64,000 nucleotides of DNA, from contig CAWVZW010000002.1 of assembly GCA_963934735.1 (NCBI GenBank), positions 3,919 to 67,918 of the forward strand, given 5' to 3'. The stretch comes from an uncultured Planctomycetaceae bacterium. Lineage in GTDB: Bacteria; Planctomycetota; Planctomycetia; Pirellulales; Pirellulaceae. The translations under genes and the position numbers were made by a program. Positions 10,978-19,717 of this stretch are shown piece by piece (positions within the stretch are counted from its first letter, which is position 1; each line of letters starts with the position of its first letter). The notes beneath the pieces are model-generated. The model was given only the letters and a program-made list of their open reading frames with translations, had not been told where the DNA came from and made no database searches.

Positions 10978-12399
10978 ATGCAGTATCCCATTGAATCCAT
11001 CGTCCCATCACGGCGAGATTTTCTTCGTACCACGAGTTGCGGATTTGGCTCGCTCGCGCTGAGCTCGATTCTGCAACAACAAATCGCTGCGGAAACGATC
11101 AAAAATAATCGGAAGAATCCTTTAGCTACAAGGAAACCACATTTCCCTGCTCGGGCCAAACGTATTATTTTCCTATTTATGGCTGGCGGACCATCCCAGA
11201 TGGATCTTTTTGATTACAAATCCCGCCTCGCCCAAAACTCCGGTGAACCAATACCGTATAAACTTCCTGAAACAGAGGCGACCGTTGGTCTTGATAACAC
11301 GCGACTTTTAGGACCGGTTTCCGGTTTCAAGAATCAGGGGGAATGCGGGCTGTATATGAGCGATCTGTTGCCACATCTTGCCCAGCACGCCGATGATCTC
11401 TGTGTTCTCCGCGCGGTACAGGCCGACAGCCCAAACCATCCAGTGGCAATCCGACAACTCCACACAGGCAATCTCATTGATACTGTTCCATCCATAGGTT
11501 CGTGGCTGTCGTACGGGCTGGGTACCGAGAATCAGCAATTGCCTTCCTATATTACGATTCTTCCCCAAGAAGGTGAACGAAATTTCGGTAGTGCATTTTT
11601 ACCCGCCATCCATCAAGGTACCGCCATAGAGCAGGTGGGAACCTCACCGGATAAGGCTCCTATCCGCCATTTAAGCGACTCCAAAATCCCAGAGAAAGTA
11701 CAGCGTCTTCGCATTGATCTAACGCAATCCATGAATCAGCGGCAACTGCGACGATTGCAGACGGATCAGCAGATGGAAGGCGTGATCGAGTCGTTTGAAC
11801 TTGCATTCCGCATGCAGACGGAGACCCCACGATTAGTTGATTTTGGCGAGGAATCCAAAGAAACACTGTCTCTCTACGGTATCGGTGACAAGACAACGGA
11901 CGGGTTTGGCCGCCAGTGTTTGTTGGCCCGCCGTTTTGCCGAGGCGGGCGTTCGATTCATACAGGTCTCACTCGGCGGTTGGGACCATCATAACAAAATA
12001 GCCACCGGTCTACCGGATCGCTGTAATGTCTCCGATAAACCAGTTGCCGGACTGCTCACTGATCTAAAAGCAAGGGGGTTACTCGACGACACACTCGTGT
12101 TGTGGGGTGGCGAATTTGGTCGTACGCCGCACGCGCAAAACGGTGATGGTCGCGAGCACAATCATCACGGATTCACCATGTGGATGGCCGGCGGAGGAAT
12201 TAAAGGGGGCATCACGCATGGCGTTACCGATGATTTCGGATACCATGGCGTCGAAGGTCAGGTTCACATTAACGATCTGCATGCCACCATGCTGCACATG
12301 ATGGGTCTGGACCATGAACAGTTGACCTTCGACCACCACGGCCGTCCGTTCCGGCTGACAGATGTTTCCGGCAAAGTGGTTCAGGAGATCATTGCGTGA
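10978..12399 (+). CDS. DUF1501 family protein (sulfatase-like fold), Tat-secreted
   Basis: The ATG at 10978 gives the twin-arginine signal SRRDFLRTTSCGFGSLALSS. Typical DUF1501 blocks: GGPSQMDLFDYK, GGWDHH, WGGEFGRTP, DGREHN. It is the canonical partner of the upstream PSD1 protein. Confidence 0.85.
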   Translation: MQYPIESIVPSRRDFLRTTSCGFGSLALSSILQQQIAAETIKNNRKNPLATRKPHFPARAKRIIFLFMAGGPSQMDLFDYKSRLAQNSGEPIPYKLPETEATVGLDNTRLLGPVSGFKNQGECGLYMSDLLPHLAQHADDLCVLRAVQADSPNHPVAIRQLHTGNLIDTVPSIGSWLSYGLGTENQQLPSYITILPQEGERNFGSAFLPAIHQGTAIEQVGTSPDKAPIRHLSDSKIPEKVQRLRIDLTQSMNQRQLRRLQTDQQMEGVIESFELAFRMQTETPRLVDFGEESKETLSLYGIGDKTTDGFGRQCLLARRFAEAGVRFIQVSLGGWDHHNKIATGLPDRCNVSDKPVAGLLTDLKARGLLDDTLVLWGGEFGRTPHAQNGDGREHNHHGFTMWMAGGGIKGGITHGVTDDFGYHGVEGQVHINDLHATMLHMMGLDHEQLTFDHHGRPFRLTDVSGKVVQEIIA

Positions 12400-12453
12400 A
12401 CTGAATATGCAAGCGATCGATCCAACAGACATTAAATATAGGATTGCAACACG

Positions 12454-14094
12454 ATGAAAATAAACGCACTGAAACGCTTTCGAAGCAAACTTACCAATGG
12501 CGAACCGATCTACGGACTGTGGGTCACGCTGGAATCTGCCAGCATCACAGAGATGGCAGTTGCCTTGGGTATGGATTGGGTGGTGATCGATGCCGAGCAT
12601 GGTCACCTTGATTGGAAGGAAATCAATGAGCATATCCGCGCCGGCTTACGCAGTGAAACCGTAGTGCTTGTCAGATTGGCTGAACGTAGCACCTCACTCA
12701 CAAAACGTGCGCTCGACATTGGTGCCGACGGAGTAGTCATTCCTTGGGTCGAAACCGCTGAGGAACTTAAAGAAGCCATCTGTGATTGTCACTATCCACC
12801 CGCAGGCCGACGTGGAATCGGAGGCGAGAGGGCCACAGCTTGGGGTCAATGCCTAGTGGAACATACGGCCGAAGCAAATGAGCAAGTACTGGTCGTGCCG
12901 TTAATCGAAAGTGTCTCCGCCATTGCAAACGTACCGGCCATGTGTGAACTGGACGGTACGGACGTGTTCTTTTTCGGCCCCGCAGACTTCTCAGCAACCG
13001 CCGGTTACCGCGGTCAATGGGAAGGACCTGGCGTTGCCGAACAGATTCTTCAATTGAAAGATTCAATCAACGCTGCCGGTAAGCATTGCGGACTGATGAC
13101 CACCAGCGTTGAAAATCTTGTCCACCGTCGGGAGCAAGGATTTCACATGCTGGGAGTGGGCGCTGACAACGGCCTGCTGCTGCGATCAATCCATCAGGCA
13201 CTGCAGGCCGTTGACCGTGACCGCCTGCCGGCGACTAGCCTTGACCCTGCAGATGGCCGCGAGGTACTGCTGCCACTTGCCCAACCACCGACAGGCTTTA
13301 CGCCCGATCGTGATGAAATCATCACCTGCTTGGACGATGGAAATACTGCCGAGCTGGAGGCGGGGATCACATTGGAAGCCCTAGTCGGTGATTTCAACAC
13401 GGCGCGTGGGCTGACAACAGGTATCGTGACCATACAACCTGAGTCGTTGCTGCCTTACCACAGGCACCCGTGTGGTGAATCGGTCACCGTACTTGAAGGT
13501 GAAGCAGAGGTGTCCGTCGAGGGACGTACCTACCGACTGGGACCGTTGGACAACATTACGATTCCCCGTTGGTTGCCGCATCAAACTCGCAACCCCGATT
13601 CCAGCAAGGCCACGCGTCTACACGTCGCGCTGGCAATGAGCACGCCTGAGCGTGAGCTTGTCCAAACTTCGTTTGAGCAAACAGATATGCCAGCAAACGC
13701 CAGCGGCACGCCTGGGTTTGAACACGTGACGCGTTTCGCCAATGCAGAGCATGTACAAAGCAACGGTCCGGGAACGACGTACATTGATTACTGCAACACC
13801 TCGCTGGTACCGGGCATCGAAATGAGCGGCGGGTTCGCCCGTATTGATCCTGATGTTCGCCTTCCGGACCACCTGCACGATTTCGACGAGTCCATCTGTA
13901 TCATCCGCGGCGATGCGGAATGTCTAGTCGAGGGCCGGCAATACTCGTTGAACAACTGTGCAACAGCCATGATACCTCGAGGACGTGTGCACTATTTCAC
14001 GAATCAGTCCGAAAACCAAATGGAAATGATCTGGGTTTGCGCCGGGCCCATGCCCAAGCCGATCCCCATCGCGGCGGGCTTCGTGAGTGACTGA
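12454..14094 (+). CDS. HpcH/HpaI-type (class II, divalent-metal) aldolase fused to a C-terminal bicupin
   Basis: The N-terminal ~255 aa carry WVVIDAEHG, VPLIES and FFGPADF, as in HpcH/HpaI aldolases. The C-terminal ~250 aa carry two complete cupin metal motifs: HRHPCGESVTVLEG...IPRWLPHQTRN and HLHDFDESICIIRG...IPRGRVHYFTN. Confidence 0.75.
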   Translation: MKINALKRFRSKLTNGEPIYGLWVTLESASITEMAVALGMDWVVIDAEHGHLDWKEINEHIRAGLRSETVVLVRLAERSTSLTKRALDIGADGVVIPWVETAEELKEAICDCHYPPAGRRGIGGERATAWGQCLVEHTAEANEQVLVVPLIESVSAIANVPAMCELDGTDVFFFGPADFSATAGYRGQWEGPGVAEQILQLKDSINAAGKHCGLMTTSVENLVHRREQGFHMLGVGADNGLLLRSIHQALQAVDRDRLPATSLDPADGREVLLPLAQPPTGFTPDRDEIITCLDDGNTAELEAGITLEALVGDFNTARGLTTGIVTIQPESLLPYHRHPCGESVTVLEGEAEVSVEGRTYRLGPLDNITIPRWLPHQTRNPDSSKATRLHVALAMSTPERELVQTSFEQTDMPANASGTPGFEHVTRFANAEHVQSNGPGTTYIDYCNTSLVPGIEMSGGFARIDPDVRLPDHLHDFDESICIIRGDAECLVEGRQYSLNNCATAMIPRGRVHYFTNQSENQMEMIWVCAGPMPKPIPIAAGFVSD

Positions 14095-14150
14095 CCTAAT
14101 TGGCATTCGTTATCACTACATCTCAAGGCCCTAACGATTGTCCGGAAACA

Positions 14151-15917
14151 TCAATCGGGGCGGATGACGTTGATACTAAGTTCACGTAGTTGTTGCTCAT
14201 CTACGGGACTAGGTGCCCCGGTCATCATATCCGCAGCTTTCTGCGTTTTTGGGAAGGCGATGCAATCACGAATATTGTCCAAATCTCCGAACAGCATGAC
14301 AACTCGGTCGATTCCAAGTGCAATCCCACCGTGTGGAGGTGCGCCAAATTTCAATGCATCCAGCAAAAATCCAAAACGGTCTTGGGCTGTCGCTTCATCA
14401 ATCCCAAGTAACTCAAACACTTGCCGTTGATCATCTTGGTCATGGATTCGAATGGTACCGCCACCTGCCTCAAAACCATTAATCACAAGGTCATAGGCAA
14501 TCGCTCTCGCTTTTGCCGCATCAGTTTCAAGCAGGGTTACATCTTGAGGTCGTGGTGCGGTAAATGGATGATGTGTGGACACCCAACGCTGTTCCTCTGC
14601 GTCATAGTCGAACATCGGGAATTCGACGACCCATGAGAAATGCATCTCCTGCGGGTCGTATAATTTCAACTCGGCGCCGAGAGATTTTCTCAGAGCCGAC
14701 AATGCTCGACAACTAACTTCCCATGTATCGGCGATAAAAAACATAATATCGCCGGGCTCCGCGTCCATTCGTTGGCGAATCTCCACCAGTAGTTCATCGC
14801 TAAAGTTTTTAGCAATCGGCGACCATAACGTTCCATCTTCCTCAACGCGGAACCATGCCAACCCCTTCGCACCGAAGTCTTGTTTCACCCAATCTGTAAA
14901 TTGATCGATCCGTTTACGGGAGAAGTTCTCCGCCGCACCATCCGCTTTGATCCCGCGCACCACACCACCGGACTCGACTGCCCCGGAGAACACTCGAAAT
15001 TCAGCCTTGGCAGCCAAATCCGAGCAATCTATCAATTCCATTCCGAATCTTAAGTCGGGTGCGTCGCTACCAAATCGTCTCATCGCTTCGTCGTAGGTCA
15101 TTCGTGGCAGCGGCAACTGCAGTTCCAGTCCTTTAATATCCTGCGCCATCTTTTGCATCAAACCGTCAATCATTCCCATCACATCATCCGCATCGACGAA
15201 CGACATTTCGACGTCGAGTTGAGTAAATTCCGGTTGTCTATCTGCTCGTAAATCCTCATCTCGAAAACAACGCGCGACTTGAATATAACGATCGTAACCG
15301 GCGACCATCAAAATTTGTTTGTATAGTTGAGGCGATTGCGGTAACGCATAGAATTCTCCGTCGTGTACGCGACTCGGCACAAGGTAATCACGAGCGCCCT
15401 CAGGAGTACTCCGCCCTAGAATTGGCGTTTCTATATCTATAAAGTTCTGTTTCTCAAAATAATCCCGCATCATCTTGATAATTTGACTACGTAGTTGCAG
15501 TATATCTTGCATTGGCTGCCGCCGTAAATCCAAATAGCGGTACTTCAATCGCAGGTCTTCGCCTGGTAGCTCTTGTTGGCTAGGCGTAAATGGCGGAGTC
15601 TCACTTTTGTTGAGAATTTCAAGCTTCGTTACTCGAACTTCTAACTCACCCGTGGGTAACTTATGGTTAACAGTGCCATCAGGCCGCGGGGATACTTTGC
15701 CTACAACCAGAATCACGTCCTCGTTACGCAGCGTACTCCCCTCATCCACTAGACCGCTTTCAGGGCCAAACACGATTTGCGTCTTACCATAACGGTCGCG
15801 CAAGTCAATAAATACAGCTCCGCCATGATCTCGTGAACTATCAACCCAGCCACACAAAGTAACTTCTGAATCAACCTGCTCTGTCCGCAATTCACCACAT
15901 GTATGGGTTCGCAACAC
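14151..15917 (-). CDS. aspS: Aspartate--tRNA ligase
   Basis: 588 aa class IIb aaRS with an N-terminal OB fold (RTHTCGELR, GWV), motif 2 FRDEDLRADRQPEFTQLD and motif 3 GGIALGIDR. Confidence 0.95.
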   Translation of the reverse strand: MLRTHTCGELRTEQVDSEVTLCGWVDSSRDHGGAVFIDLRDRYGKTQIVFGPESGLVDEGSTLRNEDVILVVGKVSPRPDGTVNHKLPTGELEVRVTKLEILNKSETPPFTPSQQELPGEDLRLKYRYLDLRRQPMQDILQLRSQIIKMMRDYFEKQNFIDIETPILGRSTPEGARDYLVPSRVHDGEFYALPQSPQLYKQILMVAGYDRYIQVARCFRDEDLRADRQPEFTQLDVEMSFVDADDVMGMIDGLMQKMAQDIKGLELQLPLPRMTYDEAMRRFGSDAPDLRFGMELIDCSDLAAKAEFRVFSGAVESGGVVRGIKADGAAENFSRKRIDQFTDWVKQDFGAKGLAWFRVEEDGTLWSPIAKNFSDELLVEIRQRMDAEPGDIMFFIADTWEVSCRALSALRKSLGAELKLYDPQEMHFSWVVEFPMFDYDAEEQRWVSTHHPFTAPRPQDVTLLETDAAKARAIAYDLVINGFEAGGGTIRIHDQDDQRQVFELLGIDEATAQDRFGFLLDALKFGAPPHGGIALGIDRVVMLFGDLDNIRDCIAFPKTQKAADMMTGAPSPVDEQQLRELSINVIRPD

Positions 15918-16092
15918 TGTCTATTTTCCTTCGTTATGGCTTCAATATTTCAAATTATACGTTTTGGCTCTAAAATCTATATTTTCGCCACTACTAAAGA
16001 TATAGCACTAGCAAACATACCATCTTACAAGCGGAAGTGATTTTGGAAAAGGCGCGAAGCTTTCCGAACAGCTATACGTTTAACAGCAAATA

Positions 16093-17094
16093 CTAGTCAG
16101 TTTGCTCTAATATTTGCTCAACCGTATCGTCAATATCCACCGGCATTACTTGGGGAATCCAAATGCATTCCTCAAAACCGCGAAACCATGTCTCCTGACG
16201 ACGAGCAAATCTACGTGTACGAATTTTCACCTGTTCAATCACTTCGTCCAGTGAAGACTCTTGCTGTAACAAGGCCAAGACTTCTTGATACCCGACGGCT
16301 TGAGCGGCTGTTCGTCCGAGCGAACCATGTTTTGCAACGAGAGCCTCTACCTCTGCCACAAAACCATTTTCAAACATCTGCTCAACACGCTGCTCGATTC
16401 GGTGATGAAGCAGTGGGCGTGGCCAAGACAATACAAATACGTTCCGCCTACCGGAAGCACCTTGGTCTTCAAATTGTTGCTGCTGGTGACTGATCGGTAT
16501 ACCGGTCAAATGGAACACTTCGAGGGCTCGAATAACCCTCCTAATATCGTTAGGATGTAGTTTATGTGCCGACAAGGGGTCTACACGTTCAAGCTGTTGA
16601 TGAATCAATTCGTTCCCATGTAAATCAATCTGCTCTTGAACCTGACCGCGAAAATCCCAATCAGCCGGTGGCCCAACAAACATGCCTCGCAACAGCACTT
16701 TCAGATACATCGGAGTGCCACCGACGAACAACGGGATTTTGCCGCGTCCTAGAATTTCAGTGACACAAACATGGGCAGCCTCAAGGTACTGAGCAACACT
16801 AAATTCTTCGCTGCAATCGCGAATGTCCAATAAATGATGGGCCACAACACGCTCACTAGGTACAGGCTTAGCTGTGCCGATATTCATTTCGCGATAGATC
16901 GCCATGGAATCTAACGAAATAATTTCAGCGTCTATCTTTTGCGCAAGCGCGATAGCCGTCGCAGATTTCCCACTAGCTGTCGGTCCTGTCAAAAACCAAC
17001 AGGCAGCATTTACCGCCGGAATAGGTTCAGCCGGACCTGGCGATACCGAAGGCTCAGGCGCCGCTGGGTCCGGTTGTCTGTGTTGTTCCGTCAT
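16093..17094 (-). CDS. miaA: tRNA dimethylallyltransferase
   Basis: P-loop GPTASGKS, DSMAIYREMNIGTAKP, RRFARRQETWFR. Confidence 0.9.
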   Translation of the reverse strand: MTEQHRQPDPAAPEPSVSPGPAEPIPAVNAACWFLTGPTASGKSATAIALAQKIDAEIISLDSMAIYREMNIGTAKPVPSERVVAHHLLDIRDCSEEFSVAQYLEAAHVCVTEILGRGKIPLFVGGTPMYLKVLLRGMFVGPPADWDFRGQVQEQIDLHGNELIHQQLERVDPLSAHKLHPNDIRRVIRALEVFHLTGIPISHQQQQFEDQGASGRRNVFVLSWPRPLLHHRIEQRVEQMFENGFVAEVEALVAKHGSLGRTAAQAVGYQEVLALLQQESSLDEVIEQVKIRTRRFARRQETWFRGFEECIWIPQVMPVDIDDTVEQILEQTD

Positions 17095-17259
17095 AATCGC
17101 TATAACTCACCGTCGAGTACATTGATTTACTTAACATTACGCGCTAGTCATTGACCAGCAATTGCCAGTTTTGCCTACTCTGTCTAGGATAAAACCTGTA
17201 TCGGCAACCGTGCCTTCATCGTTGTATGAATTCCAACTCCTGTAAAGGGGAACACCAAA

Positions 17260-17598
17260 TTGAACCCCCCGCCCAACATATTGCATGAATTGATGGACGT
17301 TATCGAGGATCGCCGCCAAACGCTCCCTGAAAACTCGTACACAACGCAATTGTTCGCTGGAGGCGTTCCGCGTATAAGTGAAAAAATCATTGAGGAAGCC
17401 CACGAAGTAATTGCAGCAGCCAATGAAGATGGAGTAAATGGACGCGAACACCTAATTCACGAAGCCGCCGATCTTTTGTTCCACTTAATGGTACTACTGG
17501 GACACCAAGAAATACAACTCCATGAAATCGAAGCCGAATTAGGGCGTCGCTTTGGAGTTTCAGGACTCGAAGAGAAAGCTGCCCGCACCAACGACTAA
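17260..17598 (+). CDS. hisE: Phosphoribosyl-ATP pyrophosphatase
   Basis: 112 aa with PENSYTTQLF..G...I.EKIIEEAHEVIAAA and EAADLLFHLMVLL, typical of HisE. TTG start at 17260; start uncertain. Confidence 0.8.
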   Translation: MNPPPNILHELMDVIEDRRQTLPENSYTTQLFAGGVPRISEKIIEEAHEVIAAANEDGVNGREHLIHEAADLLFHLMVLLGHQEIQLHEIEAELGRRFGVSGLEEKAARTND

Positions 17599-17628
17599 CA
17601 AACAAAACTTTCAAATTACAACAATTCC

Positions 17629-18492
17629 ATGACTACGCCAGATCACAATATACGCATCGGACTACCGAGTAAGGGCCGTTTATCGGACCTCGCAATCGAC
17701 TTGCTCAAAGAAGCGGGAATTCGCTTTCGACGTCAAAATCGATCCTTGTTCGCCAAGGTTCGAGACCTGCCTATCGACATCATTTTCTTGCGCACCGATG
17801 ACATCCCTGTATTGTGCGCCGAGGGCGCTATCGATATGGGCATTACAGGGGCTGATTTAGTTGCCGAAGCGAATGTTGATGTCGATACCCGATTGTCACT
17901 AAACGTTGGCAAATGCCGTCTCGCTATATGTGTACCCGATGACCTCGAATTCAACGATCCACAGCAACTTGACGGCAAACGAATTGCTACAAGTTTCACA
18001 AACGTAACTAAAAACTTTCTGGCAGAACATAACGCCACAGCTCATCTCGTTCCGCTCAGTGGTAGCGTAGAAATCATGATCACCTTGGGTATCGCCGATG
18101 TCATTGTTGACCTCGTCGAAACCGGAAGTACACTGGCTGCCAATCGCTTAAAAATCGCCCACGAAATCGGTCAATACGAGACTGTGCTTATTCAGAACAA
18201 GCAACAGCGACATAGTGAAATGGCACAACGAGTCATTCGTCGCCTCGAAGGCGTCATCATTGCGCGCGGCTATTCACTATTGGAATACAACATCCCGCAA
18301 GAAAATCTCGAGGCGGCCTTGAAAATCACGCCGGGATTCAAGTCCCCCACAATCACTCCACTGGATGACCAACAATGGAGCGCGGTTCGGGTAATGGTGA
18401 AGAGCAGTGAAATTACATCGGTAATGGATCAATTGGAAGAAATACAAGCATCAGCAATCCTCGAAACTCCGATCAACAACTGCCGACTCTAA
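17629..18492 (+). CDS. hisG: ATP phosphoribosyltransferase (long form with C-terminal regulatory domain)
   Basis: 287 aa with IRIGLPSKGRL, DMGITGADL and VDLVETGSTL, plus a C-terminal HisG_C-like segment. Confidence 0.9.
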   Translation: MTTPDHNIRIGLPSKGRLSDLAIDLLKEAGIRFRRQNRSLFAKVRDLPIDIIFLRTDDIPVLCAEGAIDMGITGADLVAEANVDVDTRLSLNVGKCRLAICVPDDLEFNDPQQLDGKRIATSFTNVTKNFLAEHNATAHLVPLSGSVEIMITLGIADVIVDLVETGSTLAANRLKIAHEIGQYETVLIQNKQQRHSEMAQRVIRRLEGVIIARGYSLLEYNIPQENLEAALKITPGFKSPTITPLDDQQWSAVRVMVKSSEITSVMDQLEEIQASAILETPINNCRL

Positions 18493-18511
18493 ACTGCGGG
18501 CGCACCAATGT

Positions 18512-19717
18512 TTACATTTGCTCGCATTGCAAATGAGAGAACTCACTTAGGTTTTCGAGCACTTGTTGATGAATATTGTCCAGCGTTGCATCGCCACAGG
18601 GCACAACTAACAAGCGTGAACTAGCGCCCGCAACGATTGCTCCCACAATCTTTTCCAGACCCAATGCATAAGCACCAGCGTGGGTTGCTGACAACAATAG
18701 TTGGTCCGCCGAAACGTTAGGAAATTCCGCGGCCATAAAACCAAGTTCAGCGATCAGCGATAGATCGGGGTTCGACGCTCGCGAATCGGTTCCCAGCGCA
18801 ACGCGGACGTTGCTCGCTAGAATCTGCTCAAGTGGGTACTGTGAGTGCCCAAAATAGGCGTGTGTTCGCGGACAAAACACTACTGACATCACATCACGAT
18901 GTTGCCCAATAAACCTAAGATGATCGACGTCTAGATAATTCCCATGAATAACCGAGGCGCGCCAGCATTTATTCAATTCCTCTAAGTAGGCTTGTATCGT
19001 CCCCGGGGAATTAACCCCCTCAGCGTCCCAAACATCTAATCGATCCAATAATTCCCGTAACGGACCGGTTCCCATTTCTAACAGTTCAATCTCCTCCAAG
19101 GTCTCCGCCAAATGCATCGCCAGCGGAACCTGATGTTCAGCACTCAGAGAACACAAACCAGAAAGTAAATCCCCATGTACGGTGTAAGGTGCATGGGGGC
19201 TTAAACCAGAGTGCCATTTTTTTGTCTTAGCCGCATTAATGTGTGATTCGGCTTGTAGCAATAATTCGGCCACTCTGCTCTTAGACAGTCCAATAAACTC
19301 GCGATACGCAATCAATTCCCCGACACGCTCTTCGTAGTCGCTCGCTAATTCGCTCGACGCGTCTAACGTCGCGATTTCGCCAATCGCCCCAACACCGGAC
19401 GCGCTAGATTGTGCCAGTCCGGATGCGATCACACCTTCCCCAATCTCTGAACCGCCGCGATAGTCCAGCACCGCCTGAATCCAGTCAGCAAAACTCCCGT
19501 CGCCAGTGCCTAAAGGTGTATCAAGATTACTAAACTCAAGATGGGTATGGGCATTAATCAAACATGGAATAATCGCGACATTCCCCAGGTCGATAATCTC
19601 CTCTGTAACACTGCCCCGCCCGAGGGATGTAATCACTCCCTGATCACATCGTACCCAACCATTTTCCAGGGGAGGCGAAGATATCGGCAGCACCCAGCGA
19701 GCGCGATAAACTGACAT
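18512..19717 (-). CDS. Metal-dependent amidohydrolase/deaminase family protein (possible aminodeoxyfutalosine deaminase)
   Basis: HxH metal motif (INAHTHLEFS), HLAET, VIHGNY and GTDS blocks of the chlorohydrolase/deaminase family. Its ATG directly abuts the TAA of the upstream permease (TAAATG). It lies in the same transcription unit as mqnA and mqnC. Confidence 0.7.
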   Translation of the reverse strand: MSVYRARWVLPISSPPLENGWVRCDQGVITSLGRGSVTEEIIDLGNVAIIPCLINAHTHLEFSNLDTPLGTGDGSFADWIQAVLDYRGGSEIGEGVIASGLAQSSASGVGAIGEIATLDASSELASDYEERVGELIAYREFIGLSKSRVAELLLQAESHINAAKTKKWHSGLSPHAPYTVHGDLLSGLCSLSAEHQVPLAMHLAETLEEIELLEMGTGPLRELLDRLDVWDAEGVNSPGTIQAYLEELNKCWRASVIHGNYLDVDHLRFIGQHRDVMSVVFCPRTHAYFGHSQYPLEQILASNVRVALGTDSRASNPDLSLIAELGFMAAEFPNVSADQLLLSATHAGAYALGLEKIVGAIVAGASSRLLVVPCGDATLDNIHQQVLENLSEFSHLQCEQM

